From a virus (taxonomy: Duplodnaviria > Caudoviricetes), in IMG/VR virus record IMGVR_UViG_3300017971_000076, positions 1 to 51,528 of that record: a stretch of DNA of 51,528 bases; one strand, given 5' to 3'. Numbering within the stretch: position 1 is the first letter of the stretch; each line of letters begins with the position of its first letter. The position numbers were made by a program, and so were the translations under genes. The notes beneath the pieces are model-generated. The model was not told the DNA's origin and searched no databases. It saw only the letters and a list, made by a program, of their open reading frames with translations. Below are positions 7,441-17,118 of the stretch, in pieces.

Positions 7441-9680
7441 GGGTAGTGTTCTGCTGTCCAGTAGCGGAATGTCCGGCCGTCCGGCTCGCGCACAATCCTG
7501 CCCGCCTCAATCATGTCCGCGATCAGGGCGTCTCGGCTCTTCCTGTTGAGGTATTGTGTGTTCTGGGTAATTGTCCGGTGGCGGCAGCCCTTCCTGCCGT
7601 GCTTTTTGATGATTTTGCAAATCTTCTGCTTATCCACTTCGATCTGGCTACACACAATCTCCGGGGCCGTTTGTTTCGTGAACTGCAATAGCAAGTGTCG
7701 CACGAGCCGGCAGGCATACTCTGCAATCGGCTCAGTGATTTCCGGTGCGTCATAGTTCACGCCAGCAGCAATGATTAGCGCCACTTTCCGTGCGTTCTCC
7801 TCGGCTTTACGCCAAAGTGCAGCCACGCTGGAAGCCTTGATCGCAGGGTCGTGCGCTTCATCATCCAGTGCCACAAACAGGCGATCCGCTCCCTCAGTGC
7901 GCGGCACGACAATCTGTGTTGGCGGAAGGTCGGTTGCTTGCGTGAGAATCGGATCGAACCGCGCGAACTCGCTGATGCTATGCCCGTCCGTGGCTTGTGG
8001 CTGTCGGGCGTACCATTTTGCCACTTGCTCGCAGAGTCCCCGGGGGGGCTGGTCGCCACTTTTGCCTCGCGCCCGTGTCTTGCGCGGTATCTGGTCGTCG
8101 ACCCGGAACAGCAGGCACCTAGCAAGCCATCCGTCATCCAACTCTCCGGCGGAAATGCCCTCTAAGAATCGGATCGGTGTCGACGTGCCGTACAGGCAGC
8201 AGCAAGGCTGAATGATCTTCCGCTTTTTGTCTTCGTCGGAATATTCTCGGCCCGTGAATGTAGAATCAGACGCGGAATAAAGCCGCATCAGTAGCGATAC
8301 GATAGATGCGTGATACTGATTCTGTCCGCGCTTGATTGAGCGGAGTAGAAATCCAATCTCATCCCATAAGAATAAAGTGGCCGGATGCTTCGCTACGCGC
8401 TCCTCCAGGGCTGAGTCAGATGCCGTGGACTCCCCGCCCAGTAAGTCTAGGCAACCTGAATACGTGCAGAGATTACGAATCCGGGAGGGTGCCGAGGCTT
8501 TCCCGGCGGACGAATCGGCGATCCCCATGCAATACAGGTTAGTGCGTGTCCCGATCTCATCTTTGATTTTCCTGCCGAACAAAGCTCCACCGAACGTGAG
8601 CGCGCAGGCCAAGGTCAAGAGCGGCTGCTTGATTAACGATGTGGTATCAATCCATTCGCATATTTCGCCAATTAGCCCCGGTGGGTGGCTTAATGTGAAG
8701 GCCGGCACTGTGCTTACGCAGGGCTGCTTTGTTGGAGCTTGCTTGGCGAAATGGTTCGCCATCATCGTTCTGGCCCAACCATACGCCTCTTGCGGCACAT
8801 CCTCGCGGAGATGTGCGTACATGGGGTCATTCCATATCCACAAGTGCGGCAGGTCGTTCGGCGGATTATCTCTGGCCTGGCTTACCTTTCGGCGGAAATC
8901 CTTCTCGTCCTTCGGGACACTCAGGTCCCACGGCGGCTGGCAATGCGGGTTGTAGAGCCGGGCCAGAACGTCGTAGGCTTCGGCCTCGGAGAGCCCGATT
9001 CCGTTGATCGCGCATTGGGCTGCCCAGAAGAGGTCGTTGTGCCCGGCCTGCCCTTGGACGGCTATATCACACGTCGGGATGTACGCCTCGGCGACACGCA
9101 TCCTCGCGGCACTGTCGCCTGTTGGGGCGTGGGGCGGGAGCGGTGTGACCGGCTTAACGAGTAATGGGCGGGTCGGCGGGCGCATGAAGTCCGGGTATTC
9201 GGCGATCGCGATCTCGCCTGGGGCGCAACCGTCGGCCCAGGCATACTGTCCACCGTTTGGGTGGATGGACGGCGCTACTACGACATAGAAGTCCGTGCTA
9301 CGAATGTCGATCCCGTGACGGAAGCCGTTCTTATTGGCCGGTGGGTTGTCGGTGCGGTAGAAGGCGTGGAACCCGCCGCGCGGGGTCTTTTGCACTACTG
9401 TGGCGGGGAGTTCTGGGAATTCCTTCAGCGATTCGTAGCCGTTCACGTCCCCGGCTTTGGTTACATCTACATCCACCACATAGACGCCACTCTCTGCGCC
9501 GCATGCAACGGCCATGTTCGCGTTCGGCCATACCGTCCACCACGTCCGAATCTGATTGGCATCTCGCGTGGCGTCTTTGACGCCGTGCTTTGTGATGGGA
9601 ATCTTCTGCCCTGGCCGGCACGGAAAGACGTGCCAACCGAACTCGGCGTACTTCAGGGCTGCTTCAAGGAAGGGGTTCAT
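7422..9680 (-). CDS. Bifunctional primase-polymerase fused to DUF3987-type helicase-like domain
   Basis: N-term VFPC..K.P, VVDVD, TPRGGFHAFY, APSIHPNGGQY; C-term ADSSAGK Walker A and LWDEIG Walker B. Confidence 0.9.
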   Translation of the reverse strand: MNPFLEAALKYAEFGWHVFPCRPGQKIPITKHGVKDATRDANQIRTWWTVWPNANMAVACGAESGVYVVDVDVTKAGDVNGYESLKEFPELPATVVQKTPRGGFHAFYRTDNPPANKNGFRHGIDIRSTDFYVVVAPSIHPNGGQYAWADGCAPGEIAIAEYPDFMRPPTRPLLVKPVTPLPPHAPTGDSAARMRVAEAYIPTCDIAVQGQAGHNDLFWAAQCAINGIGLSEAEAYDVLARLYNPHCQPPWDLSVPKDEKDFRRKVSQARDNPPNDLPHLWIWNDPMYAHLREDVPQEAYGWARTMMANHFAKQAPTKQPCVSTVPAFTLSHPPGLIGEICEWIDTTSLIKQPLLTLACALTFGGALFGRKIKDEIGTRTNLYCMGIADSSAGKASAPSRIRNLCTYSGCLDLLGGESTASDSALEERVAKHPATLFLWDEIGFLLRSIKRGQNQYHASIVSLLMRLYSASDSTFTGREYSDEDKKRKIIQPCCCLYGTSTPIRFLEGISAGELDDGWLARCLLFRVDDQIPRKTRARGKSGDQPPRGLCEQVAKWYARQPQATDGHSISEFARFDPILTQATDLPPTQIVVPRTEGADRLFVALDDEAHDPAIKASSVAALWRKAEENARKVALIIAAGVNYDAPEITEPIAEYACRLVRHLLLQFTKQTAPEIVCSQIEVDKQKICKIIKKHGRKGCRHRTITQNTQYLNRKSRDALIADMIEAGRIVREPDGRTFRYWTAEHYPWIQKP

Positions 9681-9832
9681 TGATATTCCGATTCGATAAA
9701 CACTGTTTCTGCTGCGAAGTGCTCAGGGCTGCTGTATGTTTGTGTGACCGGACCACCTTCGTAACCAGCAACAGCAACTGGCAAATCTTCGTCATATCCC
9801 TGTAGTTCTTCGATCAGTTCACGAATAGTCAT
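9677..9832 (-). CDS. Hypothetical protein
   Basis: MTIRELIEELQGYDEDLPV; ATGA-coupled. Confidence 0.65.
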   Translation of the reverse strand: MTIRELIEELQGYDEDLPVAVAGYEGGPVTQTYSSPEHFAAETVFIESEYQ

Positions 9833-11442
9833 AGTGCGGTATCCTGAAGGGGTTGATTGTACGCAACGATCTCCCAAAACTTACCGTTCTTCCGAACGGT
9901 TATCGTCTTTGTGTGTTCCATAATCCCTTGTGAAAGGAAGAGATTTTCGAGCGCATCGCTAACACTGACCTTGCCGCTTTTCGGCCTCCCGAATCGCTCA
10001 GCCCACCATTGCTGCGCCTTCTGGCCAGCATATCCTGGATGATCCAAACAGACCCATTCCCGGTACATCGACAGCCCACAACGGTATTGCACCCGTATCG
10101 AATCCGGCGAGCCGAGCTTCTTGTGTCGGTTGACATGCACGGCGTCCACCTGGCAGATGCGCGGCTGTGTTGACAGGATCGACCTGTCGGATGCTTTCCG
10201 ATCGTGTAAACGTCGCTCTCGCTCTTCGCCTTCCAGGCGGTCGATCTCCTGCCTCGGAATCTCCCAACCACACTGCGGACAGACACGCACGGCGCGGCTA
10301 AACGACTCGCGACAGTTGCCGCACGTCGCCATCACAACTGCCTCGCCACCCAATAAGTCGATCGGCCCATGTTGCTCGATACAGCCGCCGAAATCCAACA
10401 CTAGACAATCCTTCTTGTCCTCGTGGATTCGGAGCCCTCGGCCGACCATCTGTGAGTAAAGCCCGGCTGAGAGCGTGGGGCGCAGAAGCACAATGCAGTC
10501 GACGTGTCGGGCGTCGAATCCCTCCGTGTAAACATTCACGTTGCAGAGGGCGTTGATCTTCCGTGCTTTGAAGTCCCGGACGATCTTGTCGCGGTCTCGC
10601 TGCTTTGTCTTGCTCGTTACGATCGGCGCGTGAATCCCGTGTTTCTGAAGCTCAAAATTCACTCGCTGGCAGTGCTCAATGTCGACGCAGAAGAAAATCA
10701 CGGCCTTACGGCCCTCGGCCTTAAGAAGGCGCACAGCCTCCGATACGGCGTCCGTCACGATCTGGTCGCGGTTTGTGATTTTGGCCAGGCTCTTAATCGT
10801 ATAGTCTCCGCCAACCTTCTTGGCACTCGCCAGGTCTGGTTGCGTCTCGGCGACCTTGGACCGCAAGTTACAGAGGAAGCCCTGCTTGATGAGGTCCGTC
10901 ACCTTGACTTCATAGCAAATCTCGTTCAGGATATGGTCACGGTGACAGATGGGCCCGCCGTCCAGGCGGAAGGGGGTCGCGGTCCAACCGATAACACGGA
11001 GTTGATCGTTCCACTTACGGCTTTCATGGATGAACCGCCGATATTTCCCTTCGCCTTTCAGCGGTATCCTATGTGCCTCATCTACCATAATCACGTCCCA
11101 AGGCGTAAAATCGCCGGCCCGCCAAAAAATCGAATCAATGGAGGCGTATAATACTGAAGCCTCCCAATCTCGGCGTTTTAGCGCCGCCGAGAAAGCACCC
11201 ACCTTAAGTCCGGGAGCGATTGCCTCCAGCGCCGCGGCGTTCTGCTCGATTAGTTCCTTTCGATGCGCGAGAATCACGCAACGGAACCACGGTGCGTCTT
11301 GCTTCCATTTCTGGATCGCCCACGCAATGCATGGCGACTTACCGGAGCCCGTCGGCATCACGACGCACGGGTTCGTCGCCAGCATGCAGATGTGATTATG
11401 CAGCGCTGTGAGGCAATCGTTCTGGTATGGGCGTGGGGTCAT
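9829..11442 (-). CDS. SF2 DEAH helicase (RadD/YejH-like) with zinc finger
   Basis: PTGSGKS, DEAH, TATP, EGFD, QMVGRGLR, CGNC/CPQC. Confidence 0.93.
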   Translation of the reverse strand: MTPRPYQNDCLTALHNHICMLATNPCVVMPTGSGKSPCIAWAIQKWKQDAPWFRCVILAHRKELIEQNAAALEAIAPGLKVGAFSAALKRRDWEASVLYASIDSIFWRAGDFTPWDVIMVDEAHRIPLKGEGKYRRFIHESRKWNDQLRVIGWTATPFRLDGGPICHRDHILNEICYEVKVTDLIKQGFLCNLRSKVAETQPDLASAKKVGGDYTIKSLAKITNRDQIVTDAVSEAVRLLKAEGRKAVIFFCVDIEHCQRVNFELQKHGIHAPIVTSKTKQRDRDKIVRDFKARKINALCNVNVYTEGFDARHVDCIVLLRPTLSAGLYSQMVGRGLRIHEDKKDCLVLDFGGCIEQHGPIDLLGGEAVVMATCGNCRESFSRAVRVCPQCGWEIPRQEIDRLEGEERERRLHDRKASDRSILSTQPRICQVDAVHVNRHKKLGSPDSIRVQYRCGLSMYREWVCLDHPGYAGQKAQQWWAERFGRPKSGKVSVSDALENLFLSQGIMEHTKTITVRKNGKFWEIVAYNQPLQDTAL

Positions 11443-11490
11443 TAGGCGGCTTCTACTTATCCATGACCCCTTGGTACTCAGTAAACTGCA

Positions 11491-12801
11491 TCACTCAACC
11501 CCCTCTCTAATTTCAGCCCACTTGCCACCTTCCCAAAGGATCGCCACTCGCCCGCCCTCGTGCTCGCATACGGTGGCTTCAGCCAGATCGCACCGCGCGA
11601 TCGGCTTCAGTTCCGAGAACTCCTCACCGTAAATCCCCTTCCATGCGTGCACAAACCCGCCAGGCTTCCCTTTCCAGACAATCCGTGAGTCCTCTTCGGG
11701 GTAGCGAGCCAGAATGTCGTCTGGGATGTAGCCGGTGATGCGAGCGCCGAACAGGTCTCCGGCCGCGCCTATCGTCTCGTTCCCCGTCAGGCTGGCCGGC
11801 ATTCCCATAAGAGCATGGCTCGTGATGCAGCCCGGGGCGCTGCCGTGCTTCCAGGCCGCTCCGTCTTCGTTGCGGAATTCGACCGACTGGTGGCCGGCAT
11901 CGTCCGCGTTATAGGTACCCGGCTCCGCGAATGGTAGCAGGCCAGGCAAGGTGATGTGGTCGCGACACGGGCTATCCGTATCGATTTGCACGTTGTATCG
12001 CTCGCACTCCCATTGCCCGCCGTCGCCCGTAGTGATTGGCACAGCATGGCAACAGTGCCGACAGGAGAGCAATGGAACGGGTAGAGCTACCTCGCCGGTG
12101 CCGTGGCAAATTGCGTGCGCGTCGCACCAACGGCATTTGTAGTAGTCTGGGCGGCCGGAGAGCCGAGGAGGCGGAAATGGCGATTCGATAATCCTCTTCG
12201 CCTTATCTACCAGTGCTTTAGCCTCGGCTTCGCCGTAATAAATCCGCTCCACATAGATCGCGTCATTATCCTTACACACCGCGAAGTAAAGGGCCCGTTT
12301 CATGCCGGTTTTGTGCATGTAGATCACGCACTGTGCGTAGTGTATCGGCTTCGATTTCTTTACGCCCTGTTTACACAGGTCGCGAAAAGATTTGGCGCTG
12401 TGCGTCTTTCCCTCCAGGACATGCCAGGTTTTTGGGGCTTCGGGGAGCCCGAGGACGCAGCCGTCCAGATAACCTTTCAGGTGCCCGCCGAAGTCGGTCA
12501 CGAGGAATTGCCGGCCGGTCTGCGGGTCCACGGCGTGAACCTCGCAACCGATCGCGCGAAGGTTCTCGACGATCCGGTCTTCCTCCCGCTGGCCAGTCTC
12601 GAATAAGCGGTACATCCGGCCGTCGAAACTCGGCCTACAGCATTGCCGGTAGCAATACCACAGATATCGCTCGCACGGGTGGCCGATTTGCGAGGCGGAG
12701 ACCGTCCGGCTCAGGTAGCCGTTGTCGCCCCGAGCCTTATAGTGGTCGTAGATCGCCTTGACGGTCTGCGACTCAGCTTGCATGTCTGCGATGTTACCCA
12801 C
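11491..12801 (-). CDS. Cas4-like PD-(D/E)xK exonuclease
   Basis: SQIGHPCER, GYLDG, LEGKT, QCVIY, CRWC...C; AGGAGG RBS before GTG 12801. Confidence 0.85.
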   Translation of the reverse strand: MGNIADMQAESQTVKAIYDHYKARGDNGYLSRTVSASQIGHPCERYLWYCYRQCCRPSFDGRMYRLFETGQREEDRIVENLRAIGCEVHAVDPQTGRQFLVTDFGGHLKGYLDGCVLGLPEAPKTWHVLEGKTHSAKSFRDLCKQGVKKSKPIHYAQCVIYMHKTGMKRALYFAVCKDNDAIYVERIYYGEAEAKALVDKAKRIIESPFPPPRLSGRPDYYKCRWCDAHAICHGTGEVALPVPLLSCRHCCHAVPITTGDGGQWECERYNVQIDTDSPCRDHITLPGLLPFAEPGTYNADDAGHQSVEFRNEDGAAWKHGSAPGCITSHALMGMPASLTGNETIGAAGDLFGARITGYIPDDILARYPEEDSRIVWKGKPGGFVHAWKGIYGEEFSELKPIARCDLAEATVCEHEGGRVAILWEGGKWAEIREGVE

Positions 12802-12903
12802 GGGATCGCCTCCTAAGACAGACAAGGCATACTGCTATGCCGCACACAAAGCCGGCAACACCGATTAAGGCAGCAGCAACGATAGCCTCTTCAATGATCG
12901 GGC

Positions 12904-13008
12904 TTATGGCTTGAACAGGCTCCTATAGCAAGCGCCACAGACGAAGCCAAGCGCGAACTCGACAACAGCAAACGCAACCATGGTTGTGAGAAGGTCATCA
13001 ACGGTCAC
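12904..13008 (-). CDS. Small single-TM protein (34 aa)
   Basis: GTGA-coupled start; MTVDDLLTTMVAFAVVEFALGFVCGACYRSLFKP. Confidence 0.5.
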   Translation of the reverse strand: MTVDDLLTTMVAFAVVEFALGFVCGACYRSLFKP

Positions 13009-13184
13009 GATACGGGTTCCTTTCTGATCTTCTCTGCCAGTTCTTTCGGGGCCCAGATGCTTGCGATTCCGACCCGACAGAGACTCTTCGGTCCCCGCGG
13101 AACTTTCACAGACGTGCCTGGAAAGGCACGGATGATTTTCTCGGCATCTTTCAGCCAGACGTTAGACAGCCACACTTTCATCAT
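13005..13184 (-). CDS. Hypothetical protein
   Basis: GAGGAG RBS, coupled to neighbours. Confidence 0.6.
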   Translation of the reverse strand: MMKVWLSNVWLKDAEKIIRAFPGTSVKVPRGPKSLCRVGIASIWAPKELAEKIRKEPVS

Positions 13185-13363
13185 TTGCTCCTCGCGGTTG
13201 CGCCCCACACATCAGCCAGGGCTTGTAGCCCCACGCAGGTTGGAAGTCGCGAAGCAGAGGGCTCGCGCTTCACGTCGAGTCCAGGCCGCCCTTTGCGCTG
13301 CCTGTGTCTTTCCGCGTAGGCACGCATACGCGCCTCTTTGGTCGGTAATCGTTTCAGGTTCAT
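13181..13363 (-). CDS. Hypothetical basic protein
   Basis: TAATG-coupled start at 13363. Confidence 0.5.
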   Translation of the reverse strand: MNLKRLPTKEARMRAYAERHRQRKGRPGLDVKREPSASRLPTCVGLQALADVWGATARSK

Positions 13364-13785
13364 TACTTCTCTTTCAGGGTCACGGCGACTTTTCTGGGGG
13401 TGACTACGACGTGTTCGGCGATCGCCTTCCAAACCTCCGGCGATTCTTTGCGATACCATTTATAGCCGGCAACGTCTAACTCTTGCCGTGTGGTGGTTTT
13501 GATGGGCGGGTGATACTTGTTGCCGTCCCGGAGCCCGAGTCGATTGAGCGTGCGGGCGATTTCCTCCGTGTCCGCCCTGTAGGCCAGGCTGCGCTTCACG
13601 GTCAACTTCACACCATCGCCAACCGGGACCGTCTTCTGGCCCTCTTCGTCGGTCGGTACCAACTCGGCAATCTGTGTCTCGATTCCGGTGCGAACCTCAC
13701 GTGCCAGGGCTTCTGCGTCCCTTGCGTCCCGCAGTTTCCCTACCAGCGTTCTTATGGTTTTGGCTTGCTCTTGTTCGTCAGTCAT
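13363..13785 (-). CDS. Hypothetical phage protein
   Basis: Clean ORF in recombination/replication operon. Confidence 0.75.
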   Translation of the reverse strand: MTDEQEQAKTIRTLVGKLRDARDAEALAREVRTGIETQIAELVPTDEEGQKTVPVGDGVKLTVKRSLAYRADTEEIARTLNRLGLRDGNKYHPPIKTTTRQELDVAGYKWYRKESPEVWKAIAEHVVVTPRKVAVTLKEK

Positions 13786-13990
13786 ATTTTCCCCATTTCA
13801 GGAAGTTCCTGAGCGCGATACTGGCCAGCACGCACTCGATAAAGATCAGGTCAGGTTTCACAATCCGAACGCCCTCAACGATCCAGCAGCAGCCCCCGGC
13901 GATCCCGAGTAAAAACCCTACCCGGGATCGCGCGCCGAGCCTCCAGTGGCCGGCGATAATCAGGGCGTTTCCGAGCCAGCCGAATGGCAT
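13778..13990 (-). CDS. Small multi-TM membrane protein
   Basis: GAGGA RBS before ATG 13990; three hydrophobic segments ending ...RNFLKW. Confidence 0.65.
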   Translation of the reverse strand: MPFGWLGNALIIAGHWRLGARSRVGFLLGIAGGCCWIVEGVRIVKPDLIFIECVLASIALRNFLKWGKYD

Positions 13991-14052
13991 TAGTCCTCTT
14001 TCGTAAGGAAGCAGAAGGGTGGCCCTCCGTGGCCACCTGACCAACATCTGTC

Positions 14053-14730
14053 TTAAGCGGCCTTTCTCTCCCACGGGGCCTGTTGCGGGGGCTGTTGCTG
14101 CGCTGGAGCCGCCACAGGGGCCGCCGGCCCTGCCGGGGCAGGAGCGGGGCCGGCGGCGTGCGGCGCGACAGCGGCGGGCTGTGTGGGCGGACCCGGAGGC
14201 GGTGCGTGGGCCGGTTGCGGTAGGCCAGCATCGCCGGTCTGCGGCTGCGCCTCACCAGGGGGCAGGTATTTCTGGACTTCGTTCTGCGCGCCATACTTCT
14301 TATCTGTCGTGACACGCACCCGAACAGCCACGACCTGATTCAATAGCTGAGACGTGTCCGTAAGTTCAGCGGCCCCGATCGCACGGCCGATGGCCCCGAA
14401 CGCTTTCATTCCGATCGCCAAGCACTCGGCGTTCGGGTGCTGAATCATAATGCGATCAAAGAGTTTCCGGCCCTTCTGCTGGCCGTCCAGCACGCCCATG
14501 GCGAGATTGATGTAGTGGCCGTCGCCCTTCTTGGTCTGTTTGATCTCGGCGGACTCAATCAGCACGGGATACGTGCCGGGCGGGATGGCCGAAAAATCAT
14601 CCTGCGGCGCGATCATATTCGGGTCGATCGGCTGGCCGAAGATTGCCGTCAGGTTTCCGTGTTGCTCCATCGCCATTGGCGCTGGGGCCGGCATCGACGG
14701 CGGGACTGGCATGGACGGGGGTGGTTGCAT
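14053..14730 (-). CDS. DUF669-like single-stranded DNA-binding protein
   Basis: IPPGTY.V.I, TKKGDGHYI, GRKLFDR, NEVQKY; Pro/Ala-rich tail ending PW; follows AAA_24 gene. Confidence 0.8.
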   Translation of the reverse strand: MQPPPSMPVPPSMPAPAPMAMEQHGNLTAIFGQPIDPNMIAPQDDFSAIPPGTYPVLIESAEIKQTKKGDGHYINLAMGVLDGQQKGRKLFDRIMIQHPNAECLAIGMKAFGAIGRAIGAAELTDTSQLLNQVVAVRVRVTTDKKYGAQNEVQKYLPPGEAQPQTGDAGLPQPAHAPPPGPPTQPAAVAPHAAGPAPAPAGPAAPVAAPAQQQPPQQAPWERKAA

Positions 14731-15028
14731 TTGGATTCTCCAGGGGTTCAACAAGACCGTTCAGGTAACATACGTAACACGGCACAATCAGGCACTCCGA
14801 CAGGTAGATCGGCCGTACTTCACCGCCACAATATGGACAGCGTTTATACTCAGCAATGTCCCAACTTGTTTGGATTGCATACCGCCGTTTGGCTCTTTCA
14901 TTCCTGCACGCCTTGCACGGGTTGCGTCGCTTTGGTTCACCATCTGCATCCGGCGCTCGTTCATGGCGAAGGTAGAACTCACTCACTGGCTTTCGTTTTC
15001 CACAGCGACTACAAGTCTTGAACTTCAT
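14597..15028 (-). CDS. Hypothetical zinc-finger protein
   Basis: KTCSRCG.KP.SEFY, CKAC, CPYC, CYVC; 3' part overlaps DUF669 start. Confidence 0.55.
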   Translation of the reverse strand: MKFKTCSRCGKRKPVSEFYLRHERAPDADGEPKRRNPCKACRNERAKRRYAIQTSWDIAEYKRCPYCGGEVRPIYLSECLIVPCYVCYLNGLVEPLENPNATTPVHASPAVDAGPSANGDGATRKPDGNLRPADRPEYDRAAG

Positions 15029-15110
15029 GCTGTTTCCGGGCGGCCCGTGTGCTCCGGTAGTCCGACCTATCGGTTCGCAAGGAAAAAAGTTCGCACACGG
15101 GCCGCGTATT

Positions 15111-15899
15111 TCATTGGGCGGACATTGCCGCCGCGACGGCATTCTGGAACGCCGCCCACGACAGCGGCAACTCATACGGCAGGTGGCCGTAGACTCCGCG
15201 ACCTCCGCCTGGATGCGCAGGTCGTTTTTGCGTATAGAGCCAGCGGGAGCCGGGGTTAATTTCGATCCCACGCTTTTTGACGTTCTCTTTATGGAAGCCC
15301 AGCTTTTCCTCCCTGACAGCCACTTTGTTGTTACAGAAGAGAATGCTGTCGGCCCAACGAAAAAGCAGGTTGGAGACCTTTTCGTGCGTATCCAACTGAT
15401 ACTGGTCGTATGAGTCACCCTCGGGATCATCGAATCGCCGAATCTTGACATGGCCAACTAAAATGGAAGTCATGTTGAGATCGCGCCGAAGTGCGTCTAG
15501 CCAGGCCGTGATTTTCTGCCAGACACCTACGGCCTCATCGGTCCCTTTTCCGAATCCACCGCCAACGTCATTGATCGACGCGACCTTACCCTTTGCGCAG
15601 ATTTCCGCATGTATCATCAGCGCGAGCGTACTCACGGAGTCGATTACGGCTGTCTGGAATTCATGCTGGCTCTCATGCAGGAATTGCAACCAGCCAAATA
15701 TGTCTTGAACGGACTGGCAGACCGGAACCTTATCCACGTCCAATTCGTCAATCCCTTCTTCGCCTGCGATCGGGAGGAATACGGGATTGTTTGCTTCAGC
15801 GGCAAAGGTTGATTTACCGATCTTCTCCACGCCCAAAAGAATGATGCGCGGTGCCCGGATGCATTTCCCGGATGTGATTTGACTCAGATCGTAGGCCAT
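15111..15899 (-). CDS. AAA_24 / Sak4-like ATPase (recombination protein)
   Basis: GVEKIGKS Walker A, VIDS Walker B, ILVGH, WADSILF. Confidence 0.88.
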   Translation of the reverse strand: MAYDLSQITSGKCIRAPRIILLGVEKIGKSTFAAEANNPVFLPIAGEEGIDELDVDKVPVCQSVQDIFGWLQFLHESQHEFQTAVIDSVSTLALMIHAEICAKGKVASINDVGGGFGKGTDEAVGVWQKITAWLDALRRDLNMTSILVGHVKIRRFDDPEGDSYDQYQLDTHEKVSNLLFRWADSILFCNNKVAVREEKLGFHKENVKKRGIEINPGSRWLYTQKRPAHPGGGRGVYGHLPYELPLSWAAFQNAVAAAMSAQ

Positions 15900-16024
15900 T
15901 ACTCTGGCTCCTTATGTTCCCAAATTGTCAACCCGTCGCTGTCTTCAGTGCCGTAGTCGTCCGCCAGCAATCGCCATCCGTCCTCCAGTCGTTGATTCCA
16001 ATCGACCATCTCATCCTCCGTCAT
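15899..16024 (-). CDS. Small acidic hypothetical protein
   Basis: ATGA/TAATG coupling on both sides. Confidence 0.55.
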   Translation of the reverse strand: MTEDEMVDWNQRLEDGWRLLADDYGTEDSDGLTIWEHKEPE

Positions 16025-16254
16025 GGGATTGCCCTTCGTTGCCGCCGGCGTTGAAGGCGCTCTTGGCGAGGCTCTTCTCGGTGGGCAAAAGAGAAAGCTG
16101 CCAGATCCTCTTCCCGGATGCGTCGTCGCGGTCGTCGAGTGCCGGACGGCGAGACGTTTACACACGCCAAATCCCCGCGTTCAACGAGGCGTCTGACGGT
16201 GCGCACCGAGCAAGAGAGTTGCCTGGCAGCTTCTTTGAAGGTCAAAAGTCGCAT
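16021..16254 (-). CDS. xis: Excisionase-like HTH_17 protein
   Basis: LLTFKEAA..L..S.RTV.RL...G.L...RRI...DL signature; near integrase. Confidence 0.85.
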   Translation of the reverse strand: MRLLTFKEAARQLSCSVRTVRRLVERGDLACVNVSPSGTRRPRRRIREEDLAAFSFAHREEPRQERLQRRRQRRAIP

Positions 16255-16315
16255 GATTGCCGTGTCAAACAGGGTTGAAGCTCAGTGTCGACACTTCAAT
16301 CTTATCCAGCCGGCT

Positions 16316-16368
16316 TGTCACAACTGTGACAGGTTTCTGTCACAAATCGCGACTTTTGGTCACAAATC
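16316..16368. promoter_or_regulatory. TGTCACA repeat cluster (operator/activator boxes) upstream of xis-replication operon
   Basis: TGTCACA-AC-TGTGACA palindrome 16316-16331; GTCACAAATC repeats at 16339 and 16359; TAAGAT -10-like hexamer downstream on minus strand. Confidence 0.6.
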
Positions 16369-16780
16369 AGACCGAGACTTCTTCTAGAAGGATACTGCCA
16401 TGCCGCGTGATGATCGCGAACAGAATATCCGCATCAAGAAGTCGCTCAGAGAGGCGAGAACAGGCTTTGCGAATCGCGTTATCGCTCACAGGCTTCCCCC
16501 ACACAGCATCTTGAACGACCTCAAAGGTCGCCTGACTGTGTTCGTGGAGATAACGTAAGAGAGAGAAGTCAATCTTAGATAGCCGGAGACTCTGCTGCCC
16601 GTACTGAACCGTGCGTGTCTTAGGGTCGAATCGCAGATGCGGCCTGTCGATCCGCACGCCGGCCAGCCTGGTGTCCGGGATGTCGATCAGAAGCATTCCG
16701 TCTGTGCGCCGTATCGCCGTCCGCATAAGATCGACGGCTTCAGTATCAGAAAGCAGAAATTGCATAAGAGGCGGTGGCAC
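16367..16780 (-). CDS. OmpR/PhoB-type winged-helix regulator without receiver domain
   Basis: LRFDPKTRTV...LRLSK.DF.LL.YL...VWG...N.IR..CSRL..RL pattern. Confidence 0.75.
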   Translation of the reverse strand: MPPPLMQFLLSDTEAVDLMRTAIRRTDGMLLIDIPDTRLAGVRIDRPHLRFDPKTRTVQYGQQSLRLSKIDFSLLRYLHEHSQATFEVVQDAVWGKPVSDNAIRKACSRLSERLLDADILFAIITRHGSILLEEVSV

Positions 16781-16838
16781 GCACCGCTAGCGCAGAGGAC
16801 GAAACTGGGAAAGCGGGGCAGAGCGCAAAGAGGTCGTG

Positions 16839-17093
16839 CTAGTCGCGCGGCTCTTCACGCAACTCACGGAAGTGAATATGAAGTTCGCAGTCGAGAGCGC
16901 GAGCAATAGATTCGAGCGTGGAGAGCTTCACGTCGCACGGCTTATTGCCGAGCACGAGAGAGATAGTGCTGCCGGCTAGGCCAGTGCGTTCTGCCAGTTC
17001 ACGCTGAGAGATATTGGCCTCAAAGAGGGCCCGCCGCATCTGTCGTTTTAGTTTCGGGTCGATAGGCATTTTGATTCCTGCCGTAATCACCAT
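16839..17093 (-). CDS. XRE-family HTH repressor
   Basis: ISQRELAERTGLAGSTIS...LSTLESIARAL; AGGAGG RBS. Confidence 0.9.
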   Translation of the reverse strand: MVITAGIKMPIDPKLKRQMRRALFEANISQRELAERTGLAGSTISLVLGNKPCDVKLSTLESIARALDCELHIHFRELREEPRD

Positions 17094-17118
17094 TCCGTGC
17101 CCTCCTGTATCTCAATGT

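Noticed and set aside
11453-11491. 12-codon ORF MQFTEYQGVMDK coupled to the nuclease stop
   Set aside because: Too short to support; at most a remnant of a deleted gene.
11491-12801. Cas4-like gene as part of a CRISPR system
   Set aside because: No repeat-spacer array or other cas genes; its context is the standard phage recombination module.
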